Virus record (IMG/VR): IMGVR_UViG_3300017991_000060
Span: 1-64,000 of that record
DNA from: a virus
Direction: 5' to 3' (one strand)
DNA: 64,000 nucleotides
Below are positions 9,507 through 19,316 of the stretch, piece after piece. Each line of letters begins with the position of its first letter. Within the stretch, counting starts at the first letter, position 1. The position numbers were made by a program, and so were the translations under genes. The notes below the pieces were generated by a model. That model had not been told where the DNA came from, made no database searches, and saw nothing but the letters and a program-made list of their open reading frames with translations.

Positions 9507-9869
9507 TCACCAACCCGTGAAGTAGGTGTTCGAAGTGGGGCCGGTGGCAAACGTGGCGGGGCCGTTTGAGTAGAAGGTGAAGCCGCCAAGGTTGCCGCTG
9601 AACTGGACGCGGATGCCTGGTCCTCCGATGACCACCACCCTGGGCCAGCGCAGGGGAGGGGGTGGCGTGGGGGGCTGGGTGCGTTGCCGTAGGCGCTGCT
9701 TCTCCTGGAGGGTGCGCCGGTCGAACTCGGCGTCGAGGGCGGCGCGGGCCATCCCGGCTGTGGCGAGGAGACGTTCGAGGGCGGCCTCCGCAGATGCGCG
9801 CTCCCCCTCGGGAGTCTCGGGGTGGCGGATGAGGGCGAGCACCTTCAGGGCACGGTCGATGACATTCAT
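9507..9869 (-). CDS. DUF2786-like protein
   Basis: IDRALKVLAL...TPEGERASAEAALERLL. Confidence 0.6.
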   Translation of the reverse strand: MNVIDRALKVLALIRHPETPEGERASAEAALERLLATAGMARAALDAEFDRRTLQEKQRLRQRTQPPTPPPPLRWPRVVVIGGPGIRVQFSGNLGGFTFYSNGPATFATGPTSNTYFTGW

Positions 9870-10222
9870 CGGCTGCGGCCCTCCCCCCACAGACTCCGCC
9901 AGAGGACGTCGTTCGGCTCCCAGCTCGGGAAGCCCGCCGCGTCGATGGACGTGCTCTTGCGGTGTCCGATGTCCCCGCCACGGTCCAGGAAGGCCGCCAC
10001 CTTCTTTGCGAGGGCGATGACCTGAGCGCGGTGCTTGATGCGCCCCTTCACCCGGAATACCACCCGGCCCCGCCTGGGGGTCAAAGGGAACACCCCCACC
10101 GAGAAGGTCTTCTGACTCAGCCACCTCGGCCGGCAGCTTGGGCCGGGGTCACACTGGCTCCCCCACCCGTACTCCGTCCTACCCTTCCCCTTCGACTTCC
10201 TCTTCCTCATCTTCGTTGGCAC
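9866..10222 (-). CDS. Hypothetical basic protein
   Basis: GTG after GGGAGG; ATGA coupling. Confidence 0.5.
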   Translation of the reverse strand: MPTKMRKRKSKGKGRTEYGWGSQCDPGPSCRPRWLSQKTFSVGVFPLTPRRGRVVFRVKGRIKHRAQVIALAKKVAAFLDRGGDIGHRKSTSIDAAGFPSWEPNDVLWRSLWGEGRSR

Positions 10223-10264
10223 CGTCCACCTCCCTATAGGTTTGGTCCCCACCTCACCGGCCCA

Positions 10265-10474
10265 TCAGTCACAGAGCCCCCTCATGTTGGCACGCCGGAG
10301 GATGTCCTCGGCCGTCTCGCGCTGCCTGGGGGAAAGGGAGCCCGCGTTGGTGTAGGCGCGGCCGAGACGCTCCACCCACTCGACCTCCCGCTCGTTCAGG
10401 CCGTGGTCGATCTCGGAGAGGGCGAACACCACATCCCCGTCCGTCCACTTGCCCAAGTCGTTCAAGTCGATCAC
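10265..10474 (-). CDS. Small hypothetical protein
   Basis: GTG after GGGAGG. Confidence 0.6.
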   Translation of the reverse strand: MIDLNDLGKWTDGDVVFALSEIDHGLNEREVEWVERLGRAYTNAGSLSPRQRETAEDILRRANMRGLCD

Positions 10475-10501
10475 GGCACACCTCCCTACAGGTTTAGTAT
10501 G

Positions 10502-11356
10502 CTAGCCCTTGGGCGTCACCTTCTCCATCCATCTCTCCCGCTCGGAACGAGGGAGAACGTTCCACGTCTCCGCCGAGAGCTTGTCCCAATCGGTGTGGTC
10601 GATGTGGCCCGTCGGCTTGCCGCCGAAGAAGTGGGTGACTTGCCACTCGACGCCGGGGCGCGTGCTCGGGTGGAGCACGTACTGCCGTCCGCCGCCAAGC
10701 TCGACCACGTAGATGTCCTTGTCCGAGTACACGTCCATCAGGTGGGCGTCGAAGAGGTCGCGCGCCTTCTTCATGTTCATCGGGTCGCGCGGGTCCAGGG
10801 GCACGAGGTCGTACCGCCTCACCTCGGCCGAGGTGAGGGGGCGGTCGTAGACCAAGACGCCGTGCTTGAAGCGCGGGTTGGAGCTCTTGCGCGTGCGGAC
10901 CCAGCCCTTCTCGGGGGAGCCGCCAGAAAGGATGGGACGCGCCCACACCCCGTACTCGAACTCGCGGGCCAACGCCCCCTCGCTCACCTCGTACGTGTAA
11001 GTGGGCTCGGCGTCCTCGGTGATCTCGCCCTCGCGCACCTTGACAGAGATGTCCGGCACGCCCGCGGCAAGGGCGCGGTCCGCGAGGAGCTTCTTGTTCT
11101 TCGTCGCCCAGGGCACGCCCTTCAAGTCGGAGATGGTGCGGGCGAAGGCGAAAGCGTGGGCCTTCTTGCTGTAGGAGCCGATGACGATGCCGCCGGTGGG
11201 GAGGTGGATCACCGGCCACGGGCTCCCGTACACGTCGGGCATGGCGGCCTTCCGGTTGAAGGTGGCGATGTGCGGCCCGAACAGCCAGCCCTTCACCTGG
11301 AGCCCGGCCTCTTCCCACGCCGGGCCAAGCGTAAACGTCCCTGCCCTCGCCTTCAT
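10502..11356 (-). CDS. Modular protein with DarA C-terminal-like (defence against restriction) domain
   Basis: YGVWARPILSGGSP...FKHGVLVYDRPLTSAEVRRYDLVP; internal ITE..TYTYEVSE. Confidence 0.7.
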   Translation of the reverse strand: MKARAGTFTLGPAWEEAGLQVKGWLFGPHIATFNRKAAMPDVYGSPWPVIHLPTGGIVIGSYSKKAHAFAFARTISDLKGVPWATKNKKLLADRALAAGVPDISVKVREGEITEDAEPTYTYEVSEGALAREFEYGVWARPILSGGSPEKGWVRTRKSSNPRFKHGVLVYDRPLTSAEVRRYDLVPLDPRDPMNMKKARDLFDAHLMDVYSDKDIYVVELGGGRQYVLHPSTRPGVEWQVTHFFGGKPTGHIDHTDWDKLSAETWNVLPRSERERWMEKVTPKG

Positions 11357-11358
11357 CC

Positions 11359-12225
11359 CTACCTCCTGATCTCCAGGTTGTACTCCTCGGGCAAGCCGGA
11401 GTCGATGAGCCAGTCGATGAGCTCGTCGTCCGTGTACTCGTCTCCGTCGAAGGCGAGGGGGGTGAGCTCCTCGCGCACCTCCGGCACGAAGTACCGCTTG
11501 AGGTCCAGGCGCGTGACATCCCGTCGGTCGAGCTCCTCGTGGTCGTCGAAGTAGTAGAGGACCCTCCACGCACGAGTCAATTGGGGGTCGCCCGACTCGA
11601 ACGTCGGCACCGGATCACCGCGCCGGTGCATGATCTCCATCATGTCCTGGACGATGCTCCTGGGCGTCACCGTCTGGACGTGCTTCCACACGCCGGGCGG
11701 GAGCGCCTCGACGGGCGCGAAGAGGATGTAGGAGGGCGGGATCTCGTCGGCGTTGGAGGCGAGGAAGGCCATCGGGTCGTCCAAGGGGGCCTTGCTCGTC
11801 GAGTGGGGGTCCGGGATGGTGTACATCGGGAGGTTCGGCTTGGCGGTGATGCTGTAGATGTGGACTGGGCGGTCCGGGGAAAGGAACGGCTCGCCGGAAC
11901 CTGGGTGCTCGTCGGCGGCGAGGCGGCCGACCCATGCCGGGCCGGTGCCTGAGTCCGAAACGTGCAAGCCGTAGAAGCCGGGGAGGCCGTACTTCACCAT
12001 GTCGATGGGGAGGGTGAGGGGACCGGACTCCCTACGGCCGGTGTCCACCCGGTCGAACTTCCGGCCCGAGCGCACGGCCCTCGGGGTGGCATTCGTCCAC
12101 CCGCTTCGGACGTGGGTACCAAGCACGCGGGCATCCATCGCCTTGGCGTTGGGGAACCCGGCCGCCGCAGCGTACGCATCCCGGTTGGTGCGACGCCACC
12201 GTACCTCCTGGAGCCCAGTGTCCAT
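11359..12225 (-). CDS. Hypothetical protein with N-terminal LQE
   Basis: ORF track; coupled in the cluster. Confidence 0.7.
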   Translation of the reverse strand: MDTGLQEVRWRRTNRDAYAAAAGFPNAKAMDARVLGTHVRSGWTNATPRAVRSGRKFDRVDTGRRESGPLTLPIDMVKYGLPGFYGLHVSDSGTGPAWVGRLAADEHPGSGEPFLSPDRPVHIYSITAKPNLPMYTIPDPHSTSKAPLDDPMAFLASNADEIPPSYILFAPVEALPPGVWKHVQTVTPRSIVQDMMEIMHRRGDPVPTFESGDPQLTRAWRVLYYFDDHEELDRRDVTRLDLKRYFVPEVREELTPLAFDGDEYTDDELIDWLIDSGLPEEYNLEIRR

Positions 12226-12228
12226 CCC

Positions 12229-12852
12229 CTACACCTCGATCCCAAAGCCTTCGATCTTCTCGATGGTCTTCGCGAGCATCCCCTCCACGTCCGAGAGGTC
12301 GCCCAGAGGGATGCCCTGGACACCAAGGCGACGGTCCTCGAAGGGGAGATGCAAGCGGTACTTGCCCTTCGTGCCGGTGACCTTCAGCTTGTCCCAGCGC
12401 GCGGTACGTAGGAGGTGGGAAAGGGCGTTGAAGAAGAGGCGGCGGGCGGCATCCTTCTTCTCGGTGGCACTCGGCTTCGCCCCCTTGGCCTTAGCCTTCT
12501 TCTTCGGGGGCAGCACGAGGACGGAGCCGCCTTTGAAGTCCACGAAGAGGAGGGCGTCGTGGAGGTAGGGGGTGCTGGCGGAGACGGACCGTTTCCCGAA
12601 GAGGTTGCGCCACGCGCGCTCCCCAGCCTTCTTCGCCCCCGCCACGTTCGCCGCGCCCGAGTCGAAGCTCCACGCCTGGATGAGCGGGTTCGTGCGGCTC
12701 ACGCGAAGGACGCGTATCGGGCCGTGGGGGCGGTCGGGGAACTGGGGGTCCGGGCCAATAGCCGCGATCCCCGCGGGCTTGAGGAACTGGTACGGGGAGA
12801 GGACCTCCCAATCCCCTACAGGTTTGGTGCTCGACTCGTACGTGTACCCCAC
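12229..12852 (-). CDS. Hypothetical protein with MGYTYESS leader
   Basis: GGGAGG precedes GTG 12852, in frame with the track ORF. Confidence 0.7.
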   Translation of the reverse strand: MGYTYESSTKPVGDWEVLSPYQFLKPAGIAAIGPDPQFPDRPHGPIRVLRVSRTNPLIQAWSFDSGAANVAGAKKAGERAWRNLFGKRSVSASTPYLHDALLFVDFKGGSVLVLPPKKKAKAKGAKPSATEKKDAARRLFFNALSHLLRTARWDKLKVTGTKGKYRLHLPFEDRRLGVQGIPLGDLSDVEGMLAKTIEKIEGFGIEV

Positions 12853-12963
12853 CGTCTCCTCCCGCTTGCAGATGAATCGCAAGGCCATCTCGTTTCGACT
12901 TTCGGCCTCCCCCCAGTGTCCCTGGGACCCCCTGGGGGCAGAACGGCTCAGGCGCGGGCTCCC

Positions 12964-15900
12964 CTACTTCCTCAACCGCCGTTTCCGGCGCTTCCTTGGC
13001 GGTCCCGACTTGTGGTCCGACTCGTGATCGAAGGCGGCACGGTTCGCCAGGTTCCCCGCCGCGTTGTTCCTGGTGTTCCCATCCTTGTGGTGAACGTGCT
13101 TCCCGTCCCCCACACGGGCCTTGCCCTTCTTGATGAGCTTGTACCGGGCGCGGTTCCTCGCGCATCGGTCGTCCTTCCGAGCGCGCGTCTCGCGGGCGTA
13201 CTCGGCGCGGTAGTCCCGCTCGCGCTCCTGGAGCCGTGACCCTTCCCGCCACTTCGAGCCGAGGTCCGTCAAGCCGGAGGGCGGGATGCTCTTGAGCCCG
13301 TGGTGGCGCTTGATCTCCTGGAACATCGCCGTGGCAACACCGCGCCGGCGGTGCTCCTCGGGGACTTCGATGTGGTCGATGCGCGCCGTGCCGTCATCGA
13401 AGTACGAGTACTCCACCTTCCCCACCACGCGCCCGGCGTGGTCTCGGGCGATGAGGCCCATGTAGTGCTGCCCCTGGTAGCTGTCCGTGTGGAGGTGCTC
13501 GAAGCGGAGCCCGAGGGCCGGCATGATGGCCGGCTTGCCGTGCCGCTTCTCCAGGTAGCGGAGGATGGTGTCCTCGCTCGGGGAGGTGGGCGCGTGCTCC
13601 AGGTGCAAGCGCCCGCCCTTCCAGGAGGCGAAGCGCCCGCCCCCCATCCAGAGGAGGTCCAGGGCCACCCCGTCCGTCCAGAGCTTCGCGGACTCCGCCG
13701 GCCGCCGCGCGAGGAAAGCGTCGATGACCTTCTTGTGCGCCGGCGTGAGCTCGATGCGCTCCATCACGATCTCTCGCCCGTGTAGGTACCCCTTTGCGGC
13801 GAAGTCCTGATGCAGCGCGAGGGCATCCGGGGTGCGGTCGTCAGAGACGAGCAGCTTGCCGCCCTGCTCCCTAGCCCACCGCGCGGCGTGGCGGTACATC
13901 TTCGTCGCCCATCCCCTACGTTGGAAGGCGGGCCACACCATCACGTTGCTCACCTCGAACCCGCCCGGCACGGGCACGACAGCGATCTCCCCCACCTCCT
14001 TCCCACCGTCCCGGAAGATGAACTGGTGCTTGCCTCCGTAGCTGGCGTGCTGTATCGCCGCTTCGGTGAGCCCGCCGCCGTGGGCCTTGTGCACCGCCAT
14101 CACGGCCGGAACGGCGCGCCTCACCACGTCCTCGGCCGGACCATCCAGGACCAGGAGACCCATGCGCGCGAGCATGGGGAGGGTGTAGGGGGGCGAGATG
14201 CGGTACCGTCGGCTCACCGGGTCCTTCATCCACCCGCGCTTGCCGCGCTTCTCCCGCGCGAGCCACTGGTCGCAGTCGTCGTTCGGGTTCGAGGGGGTGA
14301 GGTGGCCTTGCTCGTCGTCCATCTGATGCTTCGTCACGTCCGGGCGCGCGGTGTCGTAGTGCTTCCAGACACGGTACGCCGCGGGGGAGAGGTCCTGGCG
14401 ATCCGAGATGAGCCCACCGCCCATGATCGAGGCGAGCTCGATGGCCACGTCGTAGAGTAGCGGCCCGAAGCCGTGATCGGAGCGAGAGAAGTCCACCTCC
14501 CAAGCACCATCGCACGGCGTCTCCGGGTTGTCGATGCGCGCGATGGTGATCCGGCCCGCGGGGCGCGCGGCCGGGGAGTCAGCCTCCAGGTCCCAGTACT
14601 GGGTGAGGATGATGTTGTTCCCGGCGCGGACCCAGACCCCTACACCGGGCGGGAGCGCCTGGGGTCCCTTCGCCGCTTCGGTGAGCGCGCCGCGGATGGT
14701 GTCCTCGCGGTCGCCGCCGTCGATCACCAGGCGGTCCATGCGCGCCAACATGGGGAGGGTGTAGGGAGGGTCGATCACGTACCGGCGAGAAATGGGGTCC
14801 TTCACCCACCCGCGCTTGCCGTACTTCTGCCGCGAGAGCGCCTGGTCACAGTCGTCCTCTGGGCGCGCCGGCGTCAGCGTCCCGTACTCATTGTCGAGCT
14901 GGTGCTTCTCCACGTCCGGCCGCTTGGTGTCGTAGTGCTTCCAGACTTTCCGCGCCGAGTTGGAGACGGACCGGCGATCCGAGATGAGGCCGCCGCCCAG
15001 GATCGAGGCGACCTCCACCGCGGCGTCGTAGAGGAGCGGCCCGAAGCCATGCGTCGCCCCGGACATCTTCACCTCCCACGCACCCTCGCACGGCCAGATG
15101 CTCTCGACGCGATGGAACGTGATCTCCCCCTCCAAACCTGGCCGCTCGGACGGCTCCCCAGTTTCGAGGTCACAGTAGTACACCTTGCTGATGTAGTTAC
15201 CGGCGCGCACGCCGATTCCGATGCCCGACGGGAGGTCGCGCGGCCCCTTCGCCACCTCGTCGAGCGCGGCCACCCGCTCCCGGATGTGTAGGCGTTCAGT
15301 CAGGTCAGCCCGGAGGGCGTCCTCGGCCTCCGCCATCTCCCAGGGGTCCAAAGGTCCAGCGAAGTCGCTCGGCTGCATGTCGGTGTGCTTCGCGAGGCGC
15401 TTCACCACTGACGGGATGTGCGGCCCGTTGTAGTAGAGGCGGCCCGCCTTCGCGAGCGCACGCATCGTGCTCCTCGGGTCCTTCTGGGAGCGCCGGAAGC
15501 GGCGGGACAGGGCGCTCAGGTGCCACGGGTCCGCGTCATCCTCGGCCGATCCCTGGTCACAGTCGTCGCTCGGGTCCTGGGGGGTGAGGTCGCCGTATTG
15601 GTTGTCGAGCTGTGCCTTCGTCACGTCGCGGCGGCGCTTGTCGTAGTAGCCCCAAACGCGGGCGGCGTCACCGGACACCGTGACCCGATCCGACATGAGC
15701 CCTCCCCCAGCCGCGGTGGCGAGCTCCATCGCCACGTCGTACAGGAGCGGCCCCCATCCACGGCCCGCCTCAGCGCCGGACACCATGAAAGCATCGCTAC
15801 ACGGGCCGTGCCCGCCGCGATCAATGCTCACCTCACCGCGCATCTCGGCCTCATCCTCAGCGGCGATGTCCCAGTACACCACCTGGAAGGAGTTGGGGCT

Positions 15901-17067
15901 GTAGGAGAGGAGGAGAACCACCATGTTCGGGTCCTCACGCACCAGGTCCGCCACACCCTTCGCGGATTCGACCAGGGCCGGGGTGCGGCGGCGCTCGGGA
16001 AGGAACTCCTTCCAATCGGCAGACTCAACCTCCACGTTCGGGGAGACGGCCTGCTTATAATCCGCCTCGAACTGCGGGACCCCCTCCCCGTAGACGCGGT
16101 ACAGCTTCTTCCACTTCTCGTCGTCGCGGGGCTCCACGTACATCGCGATGATCCGGTTCCGGCCGCGGAACCCTACAACGGACTGGAGGCGGCGGTGCGG
16201 CGCGATGGCCGTCGCCGTTTCGTACCGGCTCATCTCTTTCGAGATGCGGTCGAGCATCCGGCGATGCGCCTTTTCAGCTTGGGGGATGGTGGGGGCGAGG
16301 GCGTAGAGCTTCGCCTTGGTGATCTCCCAGGCGTCATCACCCTTCAGCCCGCGCATGAAGTCCCTGGCCGTCTTGCCGTCGAGCTTCATACCCTGGTCCA
16401 ACGCGGCTTGAACGAACTCGGGGCTATAGTATCCGGCGCGCTCTCTCTCCTCCTTCACGTAGTACGCCACGGCACGGTTGAGCTCTGTGTGTACCAGGGT
16501 CGGAGCCATGCGGCGGAGGAACTTCTCGTGCTCCGGATGGAGAGCCCCACCCATCCAGTGACGCGAGAGCTCCTCGATGAACGCCTCGGTGAACTTGTCC
16601 TCGACCTCGCGGCGGAAGGTGGCGTCAGCCTTCATCCGTGTCCACGTCTGAAACACAGTGTAGGAGTGGCCGAGGTCGAACATGTACCGGCCGGGGATGC
16701 CCATACCGCGTTCGAGGGCGCTCTTAACAGTCGTGTTAATGCGATCCTCGTCCCAGTACCCAGCCTTCTCCTGGGCCTCGATCACGATGTAGAGCTCCTC
16801 ACCACCGAACTTGCGCGCGGTGTTCCCAGCGGAGCTGCTGGCGGTGTGGAACTTCGGCGTAACGTAGACCCCACGGAGGGAAGCACGGCTGGGCCGCGTG
16901 GCGCTCGCGTCCGGGTCGGCCCGCCACGTCTTGTGCGTCGGTTCAGGGGAGAGCCCGTTCGCCATGATCGACTTGAGGAAGTAGGTGGAGGTTCCGTGGT
17001 ACACGATGCGACGATAGTTGAAGCGGCGCTCGTTGAGGACCTGCCACATCTGGTACGTGTAGGCCAT
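12964..17067 (-). CDS. Polyvalent polyprotein: ART-like, three tandem GNAT-like repeats, two further GNATs, HNH
   Basis: YHGTS..LKSIMANGL..GVYVT; G[WF]GPLLYD x3; QRRGWATKMY; HRRRGVATAMF; HVHHKDGNTRNN; AGGAGG before ATG 17067. Confidence 0.8.
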   Translation of the reverse strand: MAYTYQMWQVLNERRFNYRRIVYHGTSTYFLKSIMANGLSPEPTHKTWRADPDASATRPSRASLRGVYVTPKFHTASSSAGNTARKFGGEELYIVIEAQEKAGYWDEDRINTTVKSALERGMGIPGRYMFDLGHSYTVFQTWTRMKADATFRREVEDKFTEAFIEELSRHWMGGALHPEHEKFLRRMAPTLVHTELNRAVAYYVKEERERAGYYSPEFVQAALDQGMKLDGKTARDFMRGLKGDDAWEITKAKLYALAPTIPQAEKAHRRMLDRISKEMSRYETATAIAPHRRLQSVVGFRGRNRIIAMYVEPRDDEKWKKLYRVYGEGVPQFEADYKQAVSPNVEVESADWKEFLPERRRTPALVESAKGVADLVREDPNMVVLLLSYSPNSFQVVYWDIAAEDEAEMRGEVSIDRGGHGPCSDAFMVSGAEAGRGWGPLLYDVAMELATAAGGGLMSDRVTVSGDAARVWGYYDKRRRDVTKAQLDNQYGDLTPQDPSDDCDQGSAEDDADPWHLSALSRRFRRSQKDPRSTMRALAKAGRLYYNGPHIPSVVKRLAKHTDMQPSDFAGPLDPWEMAEAEDALRADLTERLHIRERVAALDEVAKGPRDLPSGIGIGVRAGNYISKVYYCDLETGEPSERPGLEGEITFHRVESIWPCEGAWEVKMSGATHGFGPLLYDAAVEVASILGGGLISDRRSVSNSARKVWKHYDTKRPDVEKHQLDNEYGTLTPARPEDDCDQALSRQKYGKRGWVKDPISRRYVIDPPYTLPMLARMDRLVIDGGDREDTIRGALTEAAKGPQALPPGVGVWVRAGNNIILTQYWDLEADSPAARPAGRITIARIDNPETPCDGAWEVDFSRSDHGFGPLLYDVAIELASIMGGGLISDRQDLSPAAYRVWKHYDTARPDVTKHQMDDEQGHLTPSNPNDDCDQWLAREKRGKRGWMKDPVSRRYRISPPYTLPMLARMGLLVLDGPAEDVVRRAVPAVMAVHKAHGGGLTEAAIQHASYGGKHQFIFRDGGKEVGEIAVVPVPGGFEVSNVMVWPAFQRRGWATKMYRHAARWAREQGGKLLVSDDRTPDALALHQDFAAKGYLHGREIVMERIELTPAHKKVIDAFLARRPAESAKLWTDGVALDLLWMGGGRFASWKGGRLHLEHAPTSPSEDTILRYLEKRHGKPAIMPALGLRFEHLHTDSYQGQHYMGLIARDHAGRVVGKVEYSYFDDGTARIDHIEVPEEHRRRGVATAMFQEIKRHHGLKSIPPSGLTDLGSKWREGSRLQERERDYRAEYARETRARKDDRCARNRARYKLIKKGKARVGDGKHVHHKDGNTRNNAAGNLANRAAFDHESDHKSGPPRKRRKRRLRK

Positions 17068-17201
17068 GAGACACATCCTCCTAGCCCGCCACGATACCAG
17101 ATGCGGCGGCTTAGTTCACGCTGTTGGGCGGGTCGCGTACGCGCACGCCAGGCACTTGCTCGACTCGGGGTCGATGGGTTGGCGCTGCTCGGGTTGATCG
17201 C

Positions 17202-17465
17202 TCATTCGGTCGCCCCCTCTACGGCTTCCACGTCTCCGATGTTGTCTTTCCACTCGCACGCGATAGCGGCGTTCGCCGTCATCATGGCCATCCGCACCTT
17301 GCGGATGGCCGCGCTCTGATCCGGCCCGGCCGGGGTCATGTTCAGGATGATCTTCGCGAAGGCCCGCGCGCCGTCGCGCAACGCCTCGTAGCGTTCCGCC
17401 TGGTCCCTGTCCGGGGGATGGTACGTGAACCAGGTATCCAAGTCTCGTTCGGTGAGAATCCTCAT
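17202..17465 (-). CDS. Acb2/Tad1-hairpin-like small protein (candidate immune-signal sponge)
   Basis: WFTYHPP..DQAERYEALR...AIRKVRMAMMTANAAIA family pattern, recognised from memory. Confidence 0.55.
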   Translation of the reverse strand: MRILTERDLDTWFTYHPPDRDQAERYEALRDGARAFAKIILNMTPAGPDQSAAIRKVRMAMMTANAAIACEWKDNIGDVEAVEGATE

Positions 17466-17504
17466 CGTTCGCTTCTCCTCCCTACCCATCAAGTGCTTAT
17501 CCTC

Positions 17505-17795
17505 TCAGAAGTCCGTCATCGCTTGCTGTAAGATGGGACGCTTCGCAGGTGAACCGTAGAATCCCTCACATACGCCAGGCGTAGGGGGGCTCGGCGGCAA
17601 CGCCCGCTCCGCGTCGTCCGCCCCCTCCAGGAACCGGGAGAGCCGGTCGCGGAGGTGACGCGCACCGTGTTGGTCGAGGGCCACCCGGAACACCTCGCGG
17701 GTCAGCGGGTCCGAGGCGGCCAAGATGAACTCGTCGCGGGACGCCCACCCCGACCCGCTGTAGGTGAGGCCGCTCGGAGAGACGTGGGAGCTCAT
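17505..17795 (-). CDS. Hypothetical protein ending LQQAMTDF
   Basis: ATGA coupling. Confidence 0.6.
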   Translation of the reverse strand: MSSHVSPSGLTYSGSGWASRDEFILAASDPLTREVFRVALDQHGARHLRDRLSRFLEGADDAERALPPSPPTPGVCEGFYGSPAKRPILQQAMTDF

Positions 17796-18184
17796 ACAAT
17801 GTCCTCCCGCTTGTTCCAGGGCATGGGGGTCCCGTTCGCAACCCACTCGTCCACAAAGTCCCAGGTACCATCGAACCGGAAGCCGCGGTCATCCGCGTAG
17901 GCCACCGCGCCGGGCTTCTCCCCTGCCGCCACGGCGTCCACCTCGATGCCGTGGAGGTCGAGCCACTGCTTCACGGCCCGCACGCCACCCGGCTCATTGC
18001 AGCGCGCCGACATCACCACCACGTCGAACCGTTCGCGGAGCTTCGCCACCGCCTCTCGGGCGCCGGGCACCGGCCCGTCGCAGACCGTCTCCACATCCAC
18101 CCAAGGGGACGTGTAGGCATGGATCACGCCGTCGAAGTCGAGGACTACGGCACGCCGCGTGCCCGTCGGGGGCATCCAAACCAT
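17792..18184 (-). CDS. HAD-family phosphatase (nucleotidase/PNKP-like)
   Basis: VVLDFDGVIH; VVVMSAR; KPGAVAYADDRG. Confidence 0.8.
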   Translation of the reverse strand: MVWMPPTGTRRAVVLDFDGVIHAYTSPWVDVETVCDGPVPGAREAVAKLRERFDVVVMSARCNEPGGVRAVKQWLDLHGIEVDAVAAGEKPGAVAYADDRGFRFDGTWDFVDEWVANGTPMPWNKREDIV

Positions 18185-18984
18185 CACGCGCCCCCGTTGA
18201 AGATAGCCGCGCGGAGCCGCTCCCCGTTCACGTCGTCGGCCTTGACATCCCCCACGGCCCACAGGAGGGCCTCCCTGATCGTAGGGGAAGCCCTCTCCGC
18301 CACCTTCCGCACCTTGGCCTTGGAGGGGCGCACCGACGACTTGCGCCGCCGCCTAGGCTTCCCGGAGGGCGTCGGGGCGGGGAGGTCCTCCTCCGCCAGC
18401 TTCGCCTCCTGGTCCTCGCGGCTCATGGTGGTGTAGGGCTTCGCGGCGGCCATCGTCATCTGGCCGCGCTCGACGGCCCGGCGCACCGGCGGGGAGAGGT
18501 CGAGAAGAGCGAGGTACCGCTTCACCTGGATGGAGCTCAGCCCCCACGCCGCGGCGGCCTCGTCCACCGTGCGGCCGGTGTCCAGGTACCGCTGCATCTT
18601 CTCGGCCTTCTCCATCAGGGTGTCGCCCCTACGGAGCTCGTTCAGGAACACCATCATGTCGATGATGCGGTCGTCGCTCCCGCGCTCCACCTCGCACGGG
18701 ACCATGAGGCGCTCGCCGCCCATCTCCTCCAGGCGGCGGTTCGCCTCGCGGCAGTTGATGACCCTACGGCGGCCGTCCACCACCTCGATGGAGTCACCGT
18801 TCTTCCGCACCTTGATGGCGACCTTCACCCCAAACGACATCATGTTCCGCACGATCTTCTCGTCCGGCGGGAGGTTCACCCGAGGGTCGTAGAGCGGGTG
18901 CGCCCTGTCGGTGATGAGCGTCAGGATGTCAGGGTCCAGGAGGAACGCCTGACGCCGCTTCCCCGGAAGTGCCTGGCCTCCCAT
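18184..18984 (-). CDS. ParB/Spo0J-like protein
   Basis: HPLYDPRV...IEVVDGRRRV; HTH-like region. Confidence 0.75.
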   Translation of the reverse strand: MGGQALPGKRRQAFLLDPDILTLITDRAHPLYDPRVNLPPDEKIVRNMMSFGVKVAIKVRKNGDSIEVVDGRRRVINCREANRRLEEMGGERLMVPCEVERGSDDRIIDMMVFLNELRRGDTLMEKAEKMQRYLDTGRTVDEAAAAWGLSSIQVKRYLALLDLSPPVRRAVERGQMTMAAAKPYTTMSREDQEAKLAEEDLPAPTPSGKPRRRRKSSVRPSKAKVRKVAERASPTIREALLWAVGDVKADDVNGERLRAAIFNGGA

Positions 18985-18985
18985 G

Positions 18986-19213
18986 TTACTTCCCCTTCCT
19001 CTCGAACTCTTGAAGCCTCCGCTCGTGGTCAGTGGCTTCCTCCTGCATGTAGGTCACGTCCGAACGGAGCGCGGCGACCTCGGCCTCCAACTCGACAACC
19101 CGCACGCGGAGCTGCACTTCTCCCTGGGCGGCGCCACGCTCGGCGTGCATCGCCATGCCAATGACCGCAACCGCCAAGCAGATGATGACGGCCAGGCTCA
19201 TACGATCTCCCAT
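18986..19213 (-). CDS. Small membrane-anchored coiled-coil protein
   Basis: LAVIICLAVAVIGMAM followed by a coiled coil. Confidence 0.55.
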   Translation of the reverse strand: MGDRMSLAVIICLAVAVIGMAMHAERGAAQGEVQLRVRVVELEAEVAALRSDVTYMQEEATDHERRLQEFERKGK

Positions 19214-19316
19214 CCCTACACTCCTTTGAACCAGCGGCAGGCGCTCCCGATCCCGTCGAGGGCGTGCAAGAGTAGCCCCAGGAGGCACCCTGAAGCCCAC
19301 GACTTACGCCGCCCGC

